From NCBI GenBank assembly GCA_963678315.1, contig OY782781.1, positions 64,001-128,000 of the forward strand: a stretch of 64,000 nt of DNA. Direction: 5' to 3'. This document shows positions 37,835-48,388 of this stretch, in pieces. The stretch is from Candidatus Cloacimonadales bacterium. GTDB taxonomy: Bacteria; Cloacimonadota; Cloacimonadia; Cloacimonadales; JAFGVF01. The notes below the pieces were generated by a model. It saw nothing but the letters and a program-made list of their open reading frames with translations. It searched no databases and had not been told where the DNA came from. The position numbers were made by a program, and so were the translations under genes. Every line of letters starts with the position of its first letter. Position 1 is the first letter of the stretch.

Positions 37835-38791
37835 ATGGCAACAAAAGCTCAAAAATTTAGATTAGGTGTTTTTTTGACTTCTGGCGTATTAATTATCTTA
37901 GTATCACTAGTTGTGATTGCTGGAGGTAAGTTATCTCAAAAAAGAGATACTTATTATATCAAGTTCCAAGATGAATCCATTAGTGGATTAGATGTTGGCG
38001 GTAAAGTAAATTATCACGGTATATCTGTAGGAAGAGTAGAAGATATAAAAATATCTGAAAAAGATGTCACTTCCATTGTTGTTACAATCAGTGTAGATGG
38101 AGGAACCCCAATCAAGAATGATGTTTCTGCAGTTCTATCACCTGTAGGAATTACAGGGTTGAATGCTATTGAGCTTAAAGGTGGTTCGAATGAATCAGAT
38201 TTAATGCCTGTAGAATCTTATATCCGAGTAGAGCAATCAGCTTTAGGATCTATTACCAACAAAGCTGTTTCAATAACTGAGCAATTAGATCTACTAATTA
38301 AAAGTTTAAATAAGCTAGCTGATTCTAATAATATTGACAATATTTCATCGATAATTCAGAATTTAGATGATATACTAACTGAAAATAGGTCTTCTTTAGA
38401 AGGGACAATGCAAAACTTAGAAGCTATTTCAGGTGATGTTTCAAGATTCACGAATGTACTTGATGCTAAAATTGATACTTTGGCTTCTGCAACAACCCAA
38501 ACTTTGAATTCAATAAATGCTATTTTAGCTAACGAATCAATTGGAAATATAATGGCCAATGTAGATTCTTTATCTGCTGATTTAGCTAATGCAGACCTAG
38601 ATGTTCTAATCCAAAGTTTAAACAGCTCTGTTATCAGATTAGAAGCCACACTTAACACAATTGATAATACAGTGGTTAGATCTAGAAGAGATTGGTTTGA
38701 CATACTTGATAATGCTCGTGAAACCATGGAGAACCTTAGCGAATTCTCTAAACAAATTAATGATTCACCAGCTGCTTTACTAAAAAATTAA
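37835..38791 (+). CDS. mlaD: MCE/MlaD family protein with long helical tail
   Basis: N-terminal TM; SISGL.VGG.V.YHGI.VGRV; GITG...IEL.GG. Confidence 0.9.
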   Translation: MATKAQKFRLGVFLTSGVLIILVSLVVIAGGKLSQKRDTYYIKFQDESISGLDVGGKVNYHGISVGRVEDIKISEKDVTSIVVTISVDGGTPIKNDVSAVLSPVGITGLNAIELKGGSNESDLMPVESYIRVEQSALGSITNKAVSITEQLDLLIKSLNKLADSNNIDNISSIIQNLDDILTENRSSLEGTMQNLEAISGDVSRFTNVLDAKIDTLASATTQTLNSINAILANESIGNIMANVDSLSADLANADLDVLIQSLNSSVIRLEATLNTIDNTVVRSRRDWFDILDNARETMENLSEFSKQINDSPAALLKN

Positions 38792-38806
38792 TTACTTGGA
38801 GAATAG

Positions 38807-40930
38807 ATGAAGAAAATCATTATATTATTTGTTATACTAATAGCATTAATTCTTACTGCTTGTACAGGACAAAAAGATAGACTTGTAGCAAATTACTATA
38901 TATTAAATTACATTCCTCACCTAGATGATACTTCTCTAGTTAAAGAGGAAGCTTATAAATTAAATGTTCAAATGACAGAAACTCAACTTCCTAGAACTTA
39001 TGAGAAGAATAAAATAGTTTCAAAAAATTCAATAAATACCATAACTTATCTAGAAAATCATGTTTGGGCTGATAAATTATATAATCTGGTTCCTCAACTG
39101 TTAACCCAAAAAACCGCAAGATACAACTTCTTTGAAACAGTTCAAAGTGATTTTTCTTCTACTATTCCTGATTACTATATAGATACTTTCATTTCTAATA
39201 TCGAACAAGTAGAGACTGACTCATACCCTCTAGCTCATGTTAAGATGGACATGTATCTTCGTAATTCTAAACAACAGGTAATAGTAGTTCATAGATTTAA
39301 TAAAGAAGTCATAGTTAATGATTATAGTATCAATTCTGTAGTTCAACAAATGAATGAAATTATACTGCTTGAATATGATAATTTCTTGAGAAAGATTGAT
39401 GATTACTTCATTAATGGTGTAGAATCTAAGACCTCTATCCCAAGTTTAGCTACTGAAGTCGAAATTTATAATGATAAACTTATTCCTTTAGACTATAATG
39501 ATTCTAAAAGAGGTGAATTAGTTGTTCCAAATCTATCCAAACAAGATAATGCTCCAAAAGTAAGAGTAATGGGTATCGATAACAATCTGGATAAAGAAAT
39601 TGTTATGGGAGATATTGTATCTCTTCCTATCGGAGAATATACTCTTTATGCAGGACAACAAGGTGATATCAACATCATTAAGAATATTAAGATTCAACCA
39701 AATTACAGAACTCATGTAATAGCGAATTGGGGTTCATTAGTGGTCAATATCATTGATCAAACCAAATCAAAAGTTCGTATGCAATACACAATCTTTACAG
39801 CCGAAGATAATAAAGAGATAGCTTCTAACTTCTCTGTTACAGATGATGCTGGTGATGATAACAAAGTATGGATTTTAGAACCAGGACGTTATTTCATTAC
39901 AGTAAACGGACAGCCATATTCATCCTATACAGACTTCTATACAATGGATGTTGTAGCTGGTCAACATTATAATCTATCTCTTGTAGTAGATGAAACAGGA
40001 ACAACCAGCAAATTAGTTGGTGCTGGTATTCACCCTCAAGAGAATGAAATATTAGCTGAAACTTATTACAGTTCACAGAATGCTTTCCACTTAAACTTTA
40101 ATGTTTCAACTAACAACTCTAATTCTGAAAAAGATTTTGATGATTCAATAACTCTTTCAAGTCAGTTTGATAAGAAAATGCGATATGAACGAAACAGAAT
40201 AGATTACGAAGGAAGAATAAACTGGGAAATGGGATTTAGTAAAGCTTCTGAACAAGATTTGCAAATATCTAATGATAACTTCTCTTTTACCAACACCCTA
40301 ATCTATAATATTTATAAGAAATCATTAGGTTTTTATGGTAGATATGACGTTGATTCTCACTTCTTCCCTCAATACAACTATTTCAGTAATAATAAGAATA
40401 TTCAAATCCTCGATACAGACAAAGAGACTGTTCTACAAACCTTGATGGATAAAGAGAAAATAAAGACTCAAGAGTCATTATTCCCATTAGGTATGAAAGA
40501 AGGAATCGGCCTAAACTATCGCTTCACTCAAAGTGAATATGGTTCTATTAATCTCAGAGCTGGCTTAGGATGGCAACAAGACTATTATGATGATTATTTG
40601 GTTTTAGAAGCTGCTGATGTTGAAATAGAAGGTGTTTCTTATGATCAATATAGAGAAGTTAATGATTTAAGTAAAAAAGGACTTGAAACTTCCCTTATTA
40701 CAAATATTAAAATCCCGAAGCTAAGAGTTAGCTGGTCATCGACTGCTGATTTATTGATTCCATTAGAGAAAGACTCAGACTTTGTTTTTGATTTTGACAA
40801 CATCTTTAATATTAAGCTAGTTAGCAATGTTTCATGGGATGTTAGATTTAATCTAAGCTATGATACAGCGATTAAGGATTATATGGTTCTTACATCAAGT
40901 TCATTCATAAGACTTTCTTATTTCTTCTAA
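38807..40930 (+). CDS. PqiC-like ABC auxiliary lipoprotein fused to beta-rich/putative beta-barrel C-terminal region
   Basis: Lipobox LTAC, YYIL, WAD in the first ~200 aa; amphipathic strands ending IRLSYFF. Confidence 0.6.
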   Translation: MKKIIILFVILIALILTACTGQKDRLVANYYILNYIPHLDDTSLVKEEAYKLNVQMTETQLPRTYEKNKIVSKNSINTITYLENHVWADKLYNLVPQLLTQKTARYNFFETVQSDFSSTIPDYYIDTFISNIEQVETDSYPLAHVKMDMYLRNSKQQVIVVHRFNKEVIVNDYSINSVVQQMNEIILLEYDNFLRKIDDYFINGVESKTSIPSLATEVEIYNDKLIPLDYNDSKRGELVVPNLSKQDNAPKVRVMGIDNNLDKEIVMGDIVSLPIGEYTLYAGQQGDINIIKNIKIQPNYRTHVIANWGSLVVNIIDQTKSKVRMQYTIFTAEDNKEIASNFSVTDDAGDDNKVWILEPGRYFITVNGQPYSSYTDFYTMDVVAGQHYNLSLVVDETGTTSKLVGAGIHPQENEILAETYYSSQNAFHLNFNVSTNNSNSEKDFDDSITLSSQFDKKMRYERNRIDYEGRINWEMGFSKASEQDLQISNDNFSFTNTLIYNIYKKSLGFYGRYDVDSHFFPQYNYFSNNKNIQILDTDKETVLQTLMDKEKIKTQESLFPLGMKEGIGLNYRFTQSEYGSINLRAGLGWQQDYYDDYLVLEAADVEIEGVSYDQYREVNDLSKKGLETSLITNIKIPKLRVSWSSTADLLIPLEKDSDFVFDFDNIFNIKLVSNVSWDVRFNLSYDTAIKDYMVLTSSSFIRLSYFF

Positions 40931-40934
40931 AATC

Positions 40935-42008
40935 ATGGAAAATATTAATTTAAAGGACAATACTCTATATATAATAGGGAATCTCACAATAAAGGAGATT
41001 CCTGATATTATTGCTAACTTTCAAAAGCTGTCTAAAAAGAGCTTTGATAAAATTGATTTAAAGAATCTTGAATCTATGGACGGAGCAGGCGTAGCTTTTA
41101 TTGAAGATGTACTAGCAAGCTCAAAATTAGATAAGAATTCTTTGATAAATGTAGCAGATAACTTTGCAAGGACCTTAGAAGTATTCTCTTCACAGTCAAT
41201 AAAGCAAGCATCAGCTCCTAACAAAATGAGTTATTTTGAATCATTAGGTGATAAAACTTACACTTTTTTGAATGAATTATACGAAGGAATTATACTAGCT
41301 TCCGATGCAATTTGGTATAGTATTGCCGGCATTTTTAATCCTAAAGGGAGAAGAAAAGGCTCTGTTACTGAACAAGCTATACTAATAGGTCTAGATGCTT
41401 TACCTATTATCACACTACTTTCTTTTGTTATTGGCTTTATTCTTACCTTACAATCAGGTTTCCAACTACAGAAGTTTGGTGCAAATGTCTATATTGCAGA
41501 CCTTCTTGGAATATCAATAGTAAGAGAAATGGGACCACTAATCACTGCAATCATAATTGCAGGTAGATCTGGTTCTGCTATAGCTTCTGAAATTGCAACT
41601 ATGAAAGTCACAGAGGAGATAGATGCTCTTAAAATGATGGCCTTAAACCCAATTAAATATGTTATAGTTCCAAAATTCCATGCTATAACTTATACTATGC
41701 CAATATTAGTTGCTTATTCTGTGATTATCAGTTTGGGAGCTGGACTACTTATTTCAGTTGGAATGTTAGATGTAGCCCTTGAAGTATATATTAACAGAAT
41801 TGTCAATATTCTTGCCATGAAGGATATTTTCTTAAGTCTAGCAAAAAGTATCTGCTTCGCTTGGTTAATCGTGGTTATCGGATCATATTTTGGAATGAAA
41901 GTTAGAGGTGGAGCTGAAGGTGTAGGTAAGGCTACAACTAGCTCTGTTGTTGCTTCAATCTTTGCAGTTATCCTAGCAGATGCTGCATTCAGTTTAGCCT
42001 ATTTATAG
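40935..42008 (+). CDS. mlaE: MlaE permease with N-terminal STAS-like domain
   Basis: REMGPLITAIIIAGRSGSAIASEIATMKVTEEIDAL, GGAEGVGKATT; MDGAG STAS-like segment. Confidence 0.93.
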   Translation: MENINLKDNTLYIIGNLTIKEIPDIIANFQKLSKKSFDKIDLKNLESMDGAGVAFIEDVLASSKLDKNSLINVADNFARTLEVFSSQSIKQASAPNKMSYFESLGDKTYTFLNELYEGIILASDAIWYSIAGIFNPKGRRKGSVTEQAILIGLDALPIITLLSFVIGFILTLQSGFQLQKFGANVYIADLLGISIVREMGPLITAIIIAGRSGSAIASEIATMKVTEEIDALKMMALNPIKYVIVPKFHAITYTMPILVAYSVIISLGAGLLISVGMLDVALEVYINRIVNILAMKDIFLSLAKSICFAWLIVVIGSYFGMKVRGGAEGVGKATTSSVVASIFAVILADAAFSLAYL

Positions 42009-42012
42009 AATT

Positions 42013-42756
42013 ATGAAGAAAGAAATAATAATTAAAACCACCGATTTAGTAGCCAAGTATGGAGACAAAACTATTCTTGATGGTATATCTGTTGAAATGT
42101 ACAAGGGCCAAGTAACAGTAATTCTTGGTTCTAGTGGATGTGGTAAAACAACATTACTAAAGAACATTCTTAAGATGTACCAACCCCACGCTGGGAAAGT
42201 AGAAATTCTAGGTCAAGATGTAACTAACATGGAAGAAGAAGAATTTGATGAAGTGCTTAAACAGACTGGAATGCTCTTCCAAAATGGAGCTCTTCTTAAT
42301 TCAATTACTGTCTACGATAATGTAGCTATCCCCCTTGAACAACATACAAAACTACCTCGAAATATAATTGATAGAATTATCAGAACTAAATTGCACTTGG
42401 TTAACCTTGACCATGCAGTCTTCCTCACTCCCTCTGAATTATCAGGTGGTATGAAAAAAAGGGCTGCACTTGCAAGAGCGCTGGCTTTAGAGCCTGCAAT
42501 ATTATTCTGTGATGAACCTTCAGCAGGTCTTGATCCCATTACCAGTGCAGATTTAGATGCTCTTATCATTAACCTCAAGAAGCAGTTGCAAATGTCAATG
42601 GTTATTGTTACTCATGAGCTAGCATCCATTCATAGAATAGCTGATAGAATAGTATTCTTACATAAAGGTCATTTACTCTTTAATGGAACTTTGGAGGATG
42701 CAAAACAATCAGGAATTCCTGAAGTAATTGAATTCTTTGAAACAGGTTCCTTCTAA
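42013..42756 (+). CDS. mlaF: MlaF ABC ATPase
   Basis: GSSGCGKT, LFQNGAL, LSGGMKKRAALARAL, DEPSAGLDP, VTHE. Confidence 0.95.
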   Translation: MKKEIIIKTTDLVAKYGDKTILDGISVEMYKGQVTVILGSSGCGKTTLLKNILKMYQPHAGKVEILGQDVTNMEEEEFDEVLKQTGMLFQNGALLNSITVYDNVAIPLEQHTKLPRNIIDRIIRTKLHLVNLDHAVFLTPSELSGGMKKRAALARALALEPAILFCDEPSAGLDPITSADLDALIINLKKQLQMSMVIVTHELASIHRIADRIVFLHKGHLLFNGTLEDAKQSGIPEVIEFFETGSF

Positions 42757-42827
42757 ACTAATAAATATTTCTTGAAAGATTTCAGCAGATATGATTTCTG
42801 GATTTAAAATATTTAAGGATTAATTTA

Positions 42828-44573
42828 ATGACAAAAATATATAAAGTCTTACTCTTATCAATCATTCTTACTTTTAGCTTTTCTATTGCATTAAGCCAAG
42901 AAGCTAGCGATTCTTTAGATGTAATTGCTATGCCAGATTCACTGGTTATTCAAGCAATTCTAGACTCTCTTGATAATCTTGAAAATCAAAAAGATATAAT
43001 TGATTATGAAGCATACAAAGATTTGTTTAACAAGATTGATTCTTATAAAACTAATAGTAGAGAAGACTTTCAATTTGATTCTCCCAATGCAAATATCTAT
43101 TCAGCACAAGACCACTATTTTGCTTCAGAATCAAACAATTTTATAGTTAGGAAGAACGGATTTACTGAGCTTTCAAATACCCAAGCTTCTTATATGAAGC
43201 TACAACATTATAACAGGTTTTATAAGCAAACACATTCAGCTGGAATATACTCTTTAGAAAAAGAATATTACCAATTACCTGTTACTATCTTAGAAGCTGT
43301 CTCCGGGTTAGGAGACTATGATTTAGGAACTGCTTACTTTGCTATCAAGAAGAATCATTTTAGGAATAAATATAATCTTGATGCTAGAATGAACTTCTTA
43401 AAAGCCAACCTTTATTATGGCGAAGAGCTTGCTTCTAACAGCTCAGTTAATTTACTTGCCCCCCTATATGAAGATATAAAGCTTGAAGTAGCTTATAATT
43501 CAGTATCTTATGAAGGACCATTTACAAAGCTTTTACCTGCCTTCAGAATCTCTGAAGCTATATTCGAAGAGAACTCTCAATCATTCTCAGGATTAGTAAA
43601 AAGCAAGTACTTTGATTTTGGTATCAAATACTCTTCTGAAGAATACAGAAAGATTATGCCAGAGATTCTAAAACAAAATACAAGTCAGTTCATTCTTGGT
43701 AAAGAATATTCCTCTGAAGACTTTAGATTGAAGACCTCCTACGAGTTCTTCCTTAAAGATGAAAACTTCTACTCACAAGAATTGAATTCTTTATCTTCAG
43801 ATATTAATCATCTTCTTTATGCTGAACTTGACTATAGAAAAAGCACATTCTTTACAGAAAACAGACTTCTCTTAAGTGAGCCTTATCAAGTTAACTCTTC
43901 AAGTAAGTTAGGTTATTCATTTAATGATGATATTAGATTATATCTACAAACTGACTTTAGCAAAAGCCGTAAGAAAACAAACTTATTCCCTGATAATCCG
44001 GAATGGACAGCTTTAATTACTGATCACACTTACCTCAATGAGAATAGTTACTTAGCATTAGGATCTTCTTATCATGATTCAACCTTCTACTTACAAGGAA
44101 ACATTGGTCTTGCAGATATTGAGTTCGAAAACATATCACTTGATAGCAGAGAAGAATACTCTGCTCTTAAATCAGAGCTTGAAGCAAGCATAAAGCATAA
44201 GTATAATAAGTATTCAATAAACTACAATACTAAACTAAAAGGCTATTATGAATTAGATGGCTACGATATGATGCTAACTCCAGCACTTATCATGACTAAT
44301 TCTTTGGACATTGCTCGTGATGTAGGATATAACAACTATGTAAAAGCTGGTTTATCTCATCATTATGGAGCAAGTTACTATGGTTTTGAGGACAACTTCT
44401 TAGTTTCCTACCAAGACACTTCATTACTTGATGCTTATATTGGTTTTCAGATAACAAGATTATTTGAACTAAGAACAAGCTTTAAGAATATTCTTAATCG
44501 TGACATAATTTATGGATATAAAAACATACCTCAATCTGTAATTGTAACAGTATCTTGGAACTTTATTAATTAG
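42828..44573 (+). CDS. Putative outer-membrane beta-barrel protein
   Basis: Signal peptide; aromatic amphipathic strands; ends KNILNRD...VTVSWNFIN. Confidence 0.55.
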   Translation: MTKIYKVLLLSIILTFSFSIALSQEASDSLDVIAMPDSLVIQAILDSLDNLENQKDIIDYEAYKDLFNKIDSYKTNSREDFQFDSPNANIYSAQDHYFASESNNFIVRKNGFTELSNTQASYMKLQHYNRFYKQTHSAGIYSLEKEYYQLPVTILEAVSGLGDYDLGTAYFAIKKNHFRNKYNLDARMNFLKANLYYGEELASNSSVNLLAPLYEDIKLEVAYNSVSYEGPFTKLLPAFRISEAIFEENSQSFSGLVKSKYFDFGIKYSSEEYRKIMPEILKQNTSQFILGKEYSSEDFRLKTSYEFFLKDENFYSQELNSLSSDINHLLYAELDYRKSTFFTENRLLLSEPYQVNSSSKLGYSFNDDIRLYLQTDFSKSRKKTNLFPDNPEWTALITDHTYLNENSYLALGSSYHDSTFYLQGNIGLADIEFENISLDSREEYSALKSELEASIKHKYNKYSINYNTKLKGYYELDGYDMMLTPALIMTNSLDIARDVGYNNYVKAGLSHHYGASYYGFEDNFLVSYQDTSLLDAYIGFQITRLFELRTSFKNILNRDIIYGYKNIPQSVIVTVSWNFIN

Positions 44574-44651
44574 AATTGGATAATTTTTCTTGCTATAAAA
44601 ATATGCTGTTATTTTTTGGTGATATAAACATATATATTTAAGGAGTTAAGA

Positions 44652-45653
44652 ATGGCTTTCAACTTAAGAAACAGAAATTTTCTTACATTACTTGATTTCA
44701 CTCCAAAAGAAATCAATTATCTTTTAGACCTTTCTAGAGATTTAAAAAGAGCTAAATACACTGGTACAGAACAACCTAGATTAAAAGGCAAAAATATTGC
44801 TTTAATCTTTGAAAAAAGCTCTACAAGAACACGTTGTGCTTTCGAAGTAGCTGCTTATGACCAAGGTGCTCACGTAACTTACTTAGGACCTTCAGGTTCT
44901 CAAATCGGTTACAAAGAATCTATGGCTGATACTGCTAGAGTATTAGGTAGAATGTATGACGGTATTGAATACCGTGGTTACGGTCAAGCTATCGTTGAAG
45001 AATTAGGTGAATATGCTGGTGTTCCTGTTTGGAACGGTTTAACTACTGAATATCACCCAACTCAAATTTTAGCTGACTTCTTAACTATCCAAGAACATAT
45101 CAACAAACCTCTTAATGAAGTTGTTTTCACATATGTTGGCGATGGTAGAAATAACATGGGTAACAGCCTTATGGTTGGTGCTGCTAAAATGGGTATGGAC
45201 TTCAGAATCGTTGCTCCTAAATCTTTATTCCCTAGTGATGAATTAGTTGCTAAATGCCAAGAAATCGGTAAAGAAACTGGTGCTACAATCATGCTTACTG
45301 AAGACATCGCTCAAGGTGTTAAAGATGCTGATGCTATCTATACTGACGTATGGGTTTCAATGGGTGAAGCTGAAGAAGTTTGGGCTCAAAGAATTGAACT
45401 TCTTAAACCATTCCAAGTTAATAAAGCTATGATGGATTTAACAGGCAAGAAAGAAACTATCTTCATGCACTGTCTTCCTTCTTTCCATGATACAAAAACT
45501 ACTGTTGGTAAAGAAGTATTCGAAAAATTCGGTATCGATTCTCAAGAAGTATCTGATGAAGTATTTGAATCAGAAAACTCTGTTGTTTTCGATGAAGCTG
45601 AAAACAGAATGCATACAATTAAAGCTGTTATGGTTGCTACTTTAGGTGACTAG
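44652..45653 (+). CDS. argF: Ornithine carbamoyltransferase (ArgF/ArcB; likely catabolic type)
   Basis: STRTR, HPTQ, DVWVSMG, HCLP; strong high-expression codon bias. Confidence 0.95.
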   Translation: MAFNLRNRNFLTLLDFTPKEINYLLDLSRDLKRAKYTGTEQPRLKGKNIALIFEKSSTRTRCAFEVAAYDQGAHVTYLGPSGSQIGYKESMADTARVLGRMYDGIEYRGYGQAIVEELGEYAGVPVWNGLTTEYHPTQILADFLTIQEHINKPLNEVVFTYVGDGRNNMGNSLMVGAAKMGMDFRIVAPKSLFPSDELVAKCQEIGKETGATIMLTEDIAQGVKDADAIYTDVWVSMGEAEEVWAQRIELLKPFQVNKAMMDLTGKKETIFMHCLPSFHDTKTTVGKEVFEKFGIDSQEVSDEVFESENSVVFDEAENRMHTIKAVMVATLGD

Positions 45654-45680
45654 TTTTAATATAGCTTAATTATATATTTT

Positions 45681-45723
45681 AAAAGCACAGACTAATATTG
45701 AATATTTAGCTGTGCTTTTTTTT
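45681..45723 (+). terminator. Intrinsic terminator; also copy 1 of a 39-bp direct repeat
   Basis: AAAAGCACAG...CTGTGCTTTT plus T-run. Confidence 0.8.
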
Positions 45724-45858
45724 GTAAGTTCTAATCACAGTTTATTGACAAGTTAAAACTCAGTATGTTTTTGATTTTTTACAAAAACAAATAAATTTTG
45801 TACTTATACATGAGTTTCCAACATTTTATCTTTTGTCAAAGCTATACAATCTAATAGA

Positions 45859-46203
45859 TTATATTTCTTCTCCCCCATAGTTCTTTAAAGCATAATCTCC
45901 CCATTCAGCAATAGCATATAATAGTGGTTTCAAGGTTAGTCCTAATTCAGTTAATGAATATTCTACTTTCACTGGACGCTCTTGAGCATAAACTCTTCTT
46001 TTAACAATGCCATCTTCTTCCAATTTCTTGAGCTGTAAACTAAGAGTTCTTTCAGTAACTCCTTCTAGTTTTTTTCTAAGCTGGCTGTACCTCAAAGGTC
46101 CTTCTAGAAGATAATAGAGGATAACAGTTTTCCATTTTCCTCCAATTATTCCCATAGTTAAGCTTGTACAACAAGGGTAATTTTTTCCATTAAACTTATA
46201 CAT
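45859..46203 (-). CDS. HxlR-family (MarR/DUF24) transcriptional regulator
   Basis: YPCCT, IGGKWK..IL, R.LS.QLK.LE.DG.V.R, VEYSLT..G. Confidence 0.93.
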   Translation of the reverse strand: MYKFNGKNYPCCTSLTMGIIGGKWKTVILYYLLEGPLRYSQLRKKLEGVTERTLSLQLKKLEEDGIVKRRVYAQERPVKVEYSLTELGLTLKPLLYAIAEWGDYALKNYGGEEI

Positions 46204-46464
46204 TATATGTTCCTTAATTATTTAACAATAAATTCAATTAGCAAGTATTTCTATACAATATCAACTAATTATTAATATAATTATATTATTTTCTTAACGG
46301 AATATTAGTCAAATTATTTCTATACTTACTATACTTTTTATATTTAATGGAATTTTTATTGTACTTTTATTTATGTTTACATAGACTTTTATAATCTGCT
46401 TTACTGTTCCTATTATTATTAATATTGTTTCTCATTAAAAAAAAAGTATTGCCAATAATACAGC

Positions 46465-46497
46465 ACTATATTTTTATGCACCTATAAAAAGTATAGT
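46465..46497. promoter_or_regulatory. Candidate HxlR operator
   Basis: ACTATATTTTTAT-n6-ATAAAAAGTATAGT inverted repeat; an extra half-site ACTATACTTTTTAT at 46328-46341. Confidence 0.4.
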
Positions 46498-46533
46498 TAA
46501 GGTAAAAGTTATATTTACCTGAAGGAATTAGAT

Positions 46534-46830
46534 ATGAATAGTACAAAAATAACTGTTGTTGCAAGAATTATTGTTAAGGAAGAAAAAAGAGATTTTGTTA
46601 AGAATGAACTAATGAAGTTGATTGATATTACTAGAAAAGAGAAAGGTTGTATTAACTACGATTTACATCAGGATAATAACAATCCAAATTTATTTATTTT
46701 CCATGAGAATTGGGAGAATAAAGAACTTCTTGAAACTCACTTACAAAATGACCACTTAAAACAATATTTAGAAGCTACAGATGGTTGTGTTAATGAATTC
46801 ATCATTCATGAACTAACTCAAATCGGATAA
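46534..46830 (+). CDS. Putative quinol monooxygenase (ABM domain)
   Basis: TRKEKGCINYDLH, F.F.ENW......H....H. Confidence 0.9.
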   Translation: MNSTKITVVARIIVKEEKRDFVKNELMKLIDITRKEKGCINYDLHQDNNNPNLFIFHENWENKELLETHLQNDHLKQYLEATDGCVNEFIIHELTQIG

Positions 46831-46862
46831 AAACACTTAACTGCTAGGAAAGAGAGAATACA

Positions 46863-47549
46863 ATGACAAATGCAGCAAAATTAGCACATAGAAAAGAAGA
46901 AATACTTAGTGCATACAGATACAGACAAGCAATCAAAGAGTTTAGAGTAGATAAGAAGATTAGTGATGAAGATTTCGAATTCATTCTTGAGACAGCTAGA
47001 TTATCTCCAAGTTCATTTGGTTGGGAACCATGGAAGTTTCTAGTAATTCAGAATATGGATTTGAGAGAAAAGTTAAAAGAATACAGCTGGGGAGCCCAAA
47101 AGCAACTTCCTACAGCTAGTCATTTTGTGATAATTTTAGCTAGAAAAGCTGATGATTTGTTACCAACTTCTGACTACCTTAAATACATATCTAGAGAAGT
47201 TAATCATCTTCCTAAAGAGATAGAAGATATGAAATTAGACTTCTTTGGTAAGTTCCAACAAAATGATTTTGATTTAACTGACCGCACTAAGATATTCGCC
47301 TGGTCTACTAAACAAACCTATTTACCTTTCGCAAATATGATGACAGCAGCAGCTCAAATCGGAATTGATTCATGTCCTATTGAAGGCTTTAATATTGAAA
47401 AAGTAGAAGAGCTTTTGATTAATGAAGGCTTATTAGATAGCTCAAAATTTGGTATTTCTGCCATGGTCGCTTTTGGCTATAAAGCAGCTGACTTAGAGTG
47501 GCCTAAAACAAGAAGACCTATTGAAAAAGTAGTTGAGTGGGTTAAATAA
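46863..47549 (+). CDS. NAD(P)H nitroreductase (NfsB-like)
   Basis: RQAIKEF, LSPSSFGWEPWKF, GIDSCPIEGF, KTR. Confidence 0.92.
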   Translation: MTNAAKLAHRKEEILSAYRYRQAIKEFRVDKKISDEDFEFILETARLSPSSFGWEPWKFLVIQNMDLREKLKEYSWGAQKQLPTASHFVIILARKADDLLPTSDYLKYISREVNHLPKEIEDMKLDFFGKFQQNDFDLTDRTKIFAWSTKQTYLPFANMMTAAAQIGIDSCPIEGFNIEKVEELLINEGLLDSSKFGISAMVAFGYKAADLEWPKTRRPIEKVVEWVK

Positions 47550-47567
47550 CTCTTAAGGGAAGTAAGC

Positions 47568-48374
47568 ATGAAAAAGACTATTTTAGTAACAGGATCTACT
47601 GACGGAATTGGTAAAATTGTAGCTATGGATTTTGCTAGAGATGGCCATGAAGTAATTATTCATGGTAGAAATGCTAGCAAAGTTCAGAAAGTTGTTAAAG
47701 ATATTATTGGAGAAACTTCCAACAATTCCGTGAAAGGATATATTGCTGATTTCTCTGACTTTACAAGCATCACCGCTTTGGCAGATAAATTAATGCAAGA
47801 AGTTTCAAAGATTGATATTTTAATTAATAACGCTGGTGTTTTTAAGAGTAAGCTTAAACAAAACAAGAATGGTTTAGATCTTCGTATGATGGTCAACTAC
47901 CTTGCTCCTTATCTTTTCACAAAGAAAGTTTTACCTCTTTTGAATAAGGCAAGAAAAGCAAGAATTATTAATCTTTCATCTGCTGCTCAAAGTCCGGTTT
48001 CTGTAAATATCCTAGAAGGTAAAGCACACTCTTCTGAAAATTCAACCTATGCTCAGAGTAAACTTGCTCTTACCATGTGGTCTTTTGACTTAGCTAGTCA
48101 GTTAAACGACATAGCTGTAATTGCGGTAAACCCTGGTTCTCTTCTCAATACTAGAATGGCTAATGAAGCTTATGGAACCTTTTGGTCTTCTGCAACCAAG
48201 GGCTCTGATATATTGTACCAATTAGCTCTGAATCCAAAATTCGATAATGCTTCAGGTAAGTACTTCGATAATGATAATGCTTCATTTAATCAAGCACATC
48301 CTGATAGTTATGATAGGCAGAAGATTGCTACTCTGATTGAAAAAACAGATGAAATCATTAACAAGTTCATATAA
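47568..48374 (+). CDS. Short-chain dehydrogenase/reductase
   Basis: TGSTDGIG, NNAG, YAQSK. Confidence 0.93.
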   Translation: MKKTILVTGSTDGIGKIVAMDFARDGHEVIIHGRNASKVQKVVKDIIGETSNNSVKGYIADFSDFTSITALADKLMQEVSKIDILINNAGVFKSKLKQNKNGLDLRMMVNYLAPYLFTKKVLPLLNKARKARIINLSSAAQSPVSVNILEGKAHSSENSTYAQSKLALTMWSFDLASQLNDIAVIAVNPGSLLNTRMANEAYGTFWSSATKGSDILYQLALNPKFDNASGKYFDNDNASFNQAHPDSYDRQKIATLIEKTDEIINKFI

Positions 48375-48388
48375 AGGAATCAAATAAC

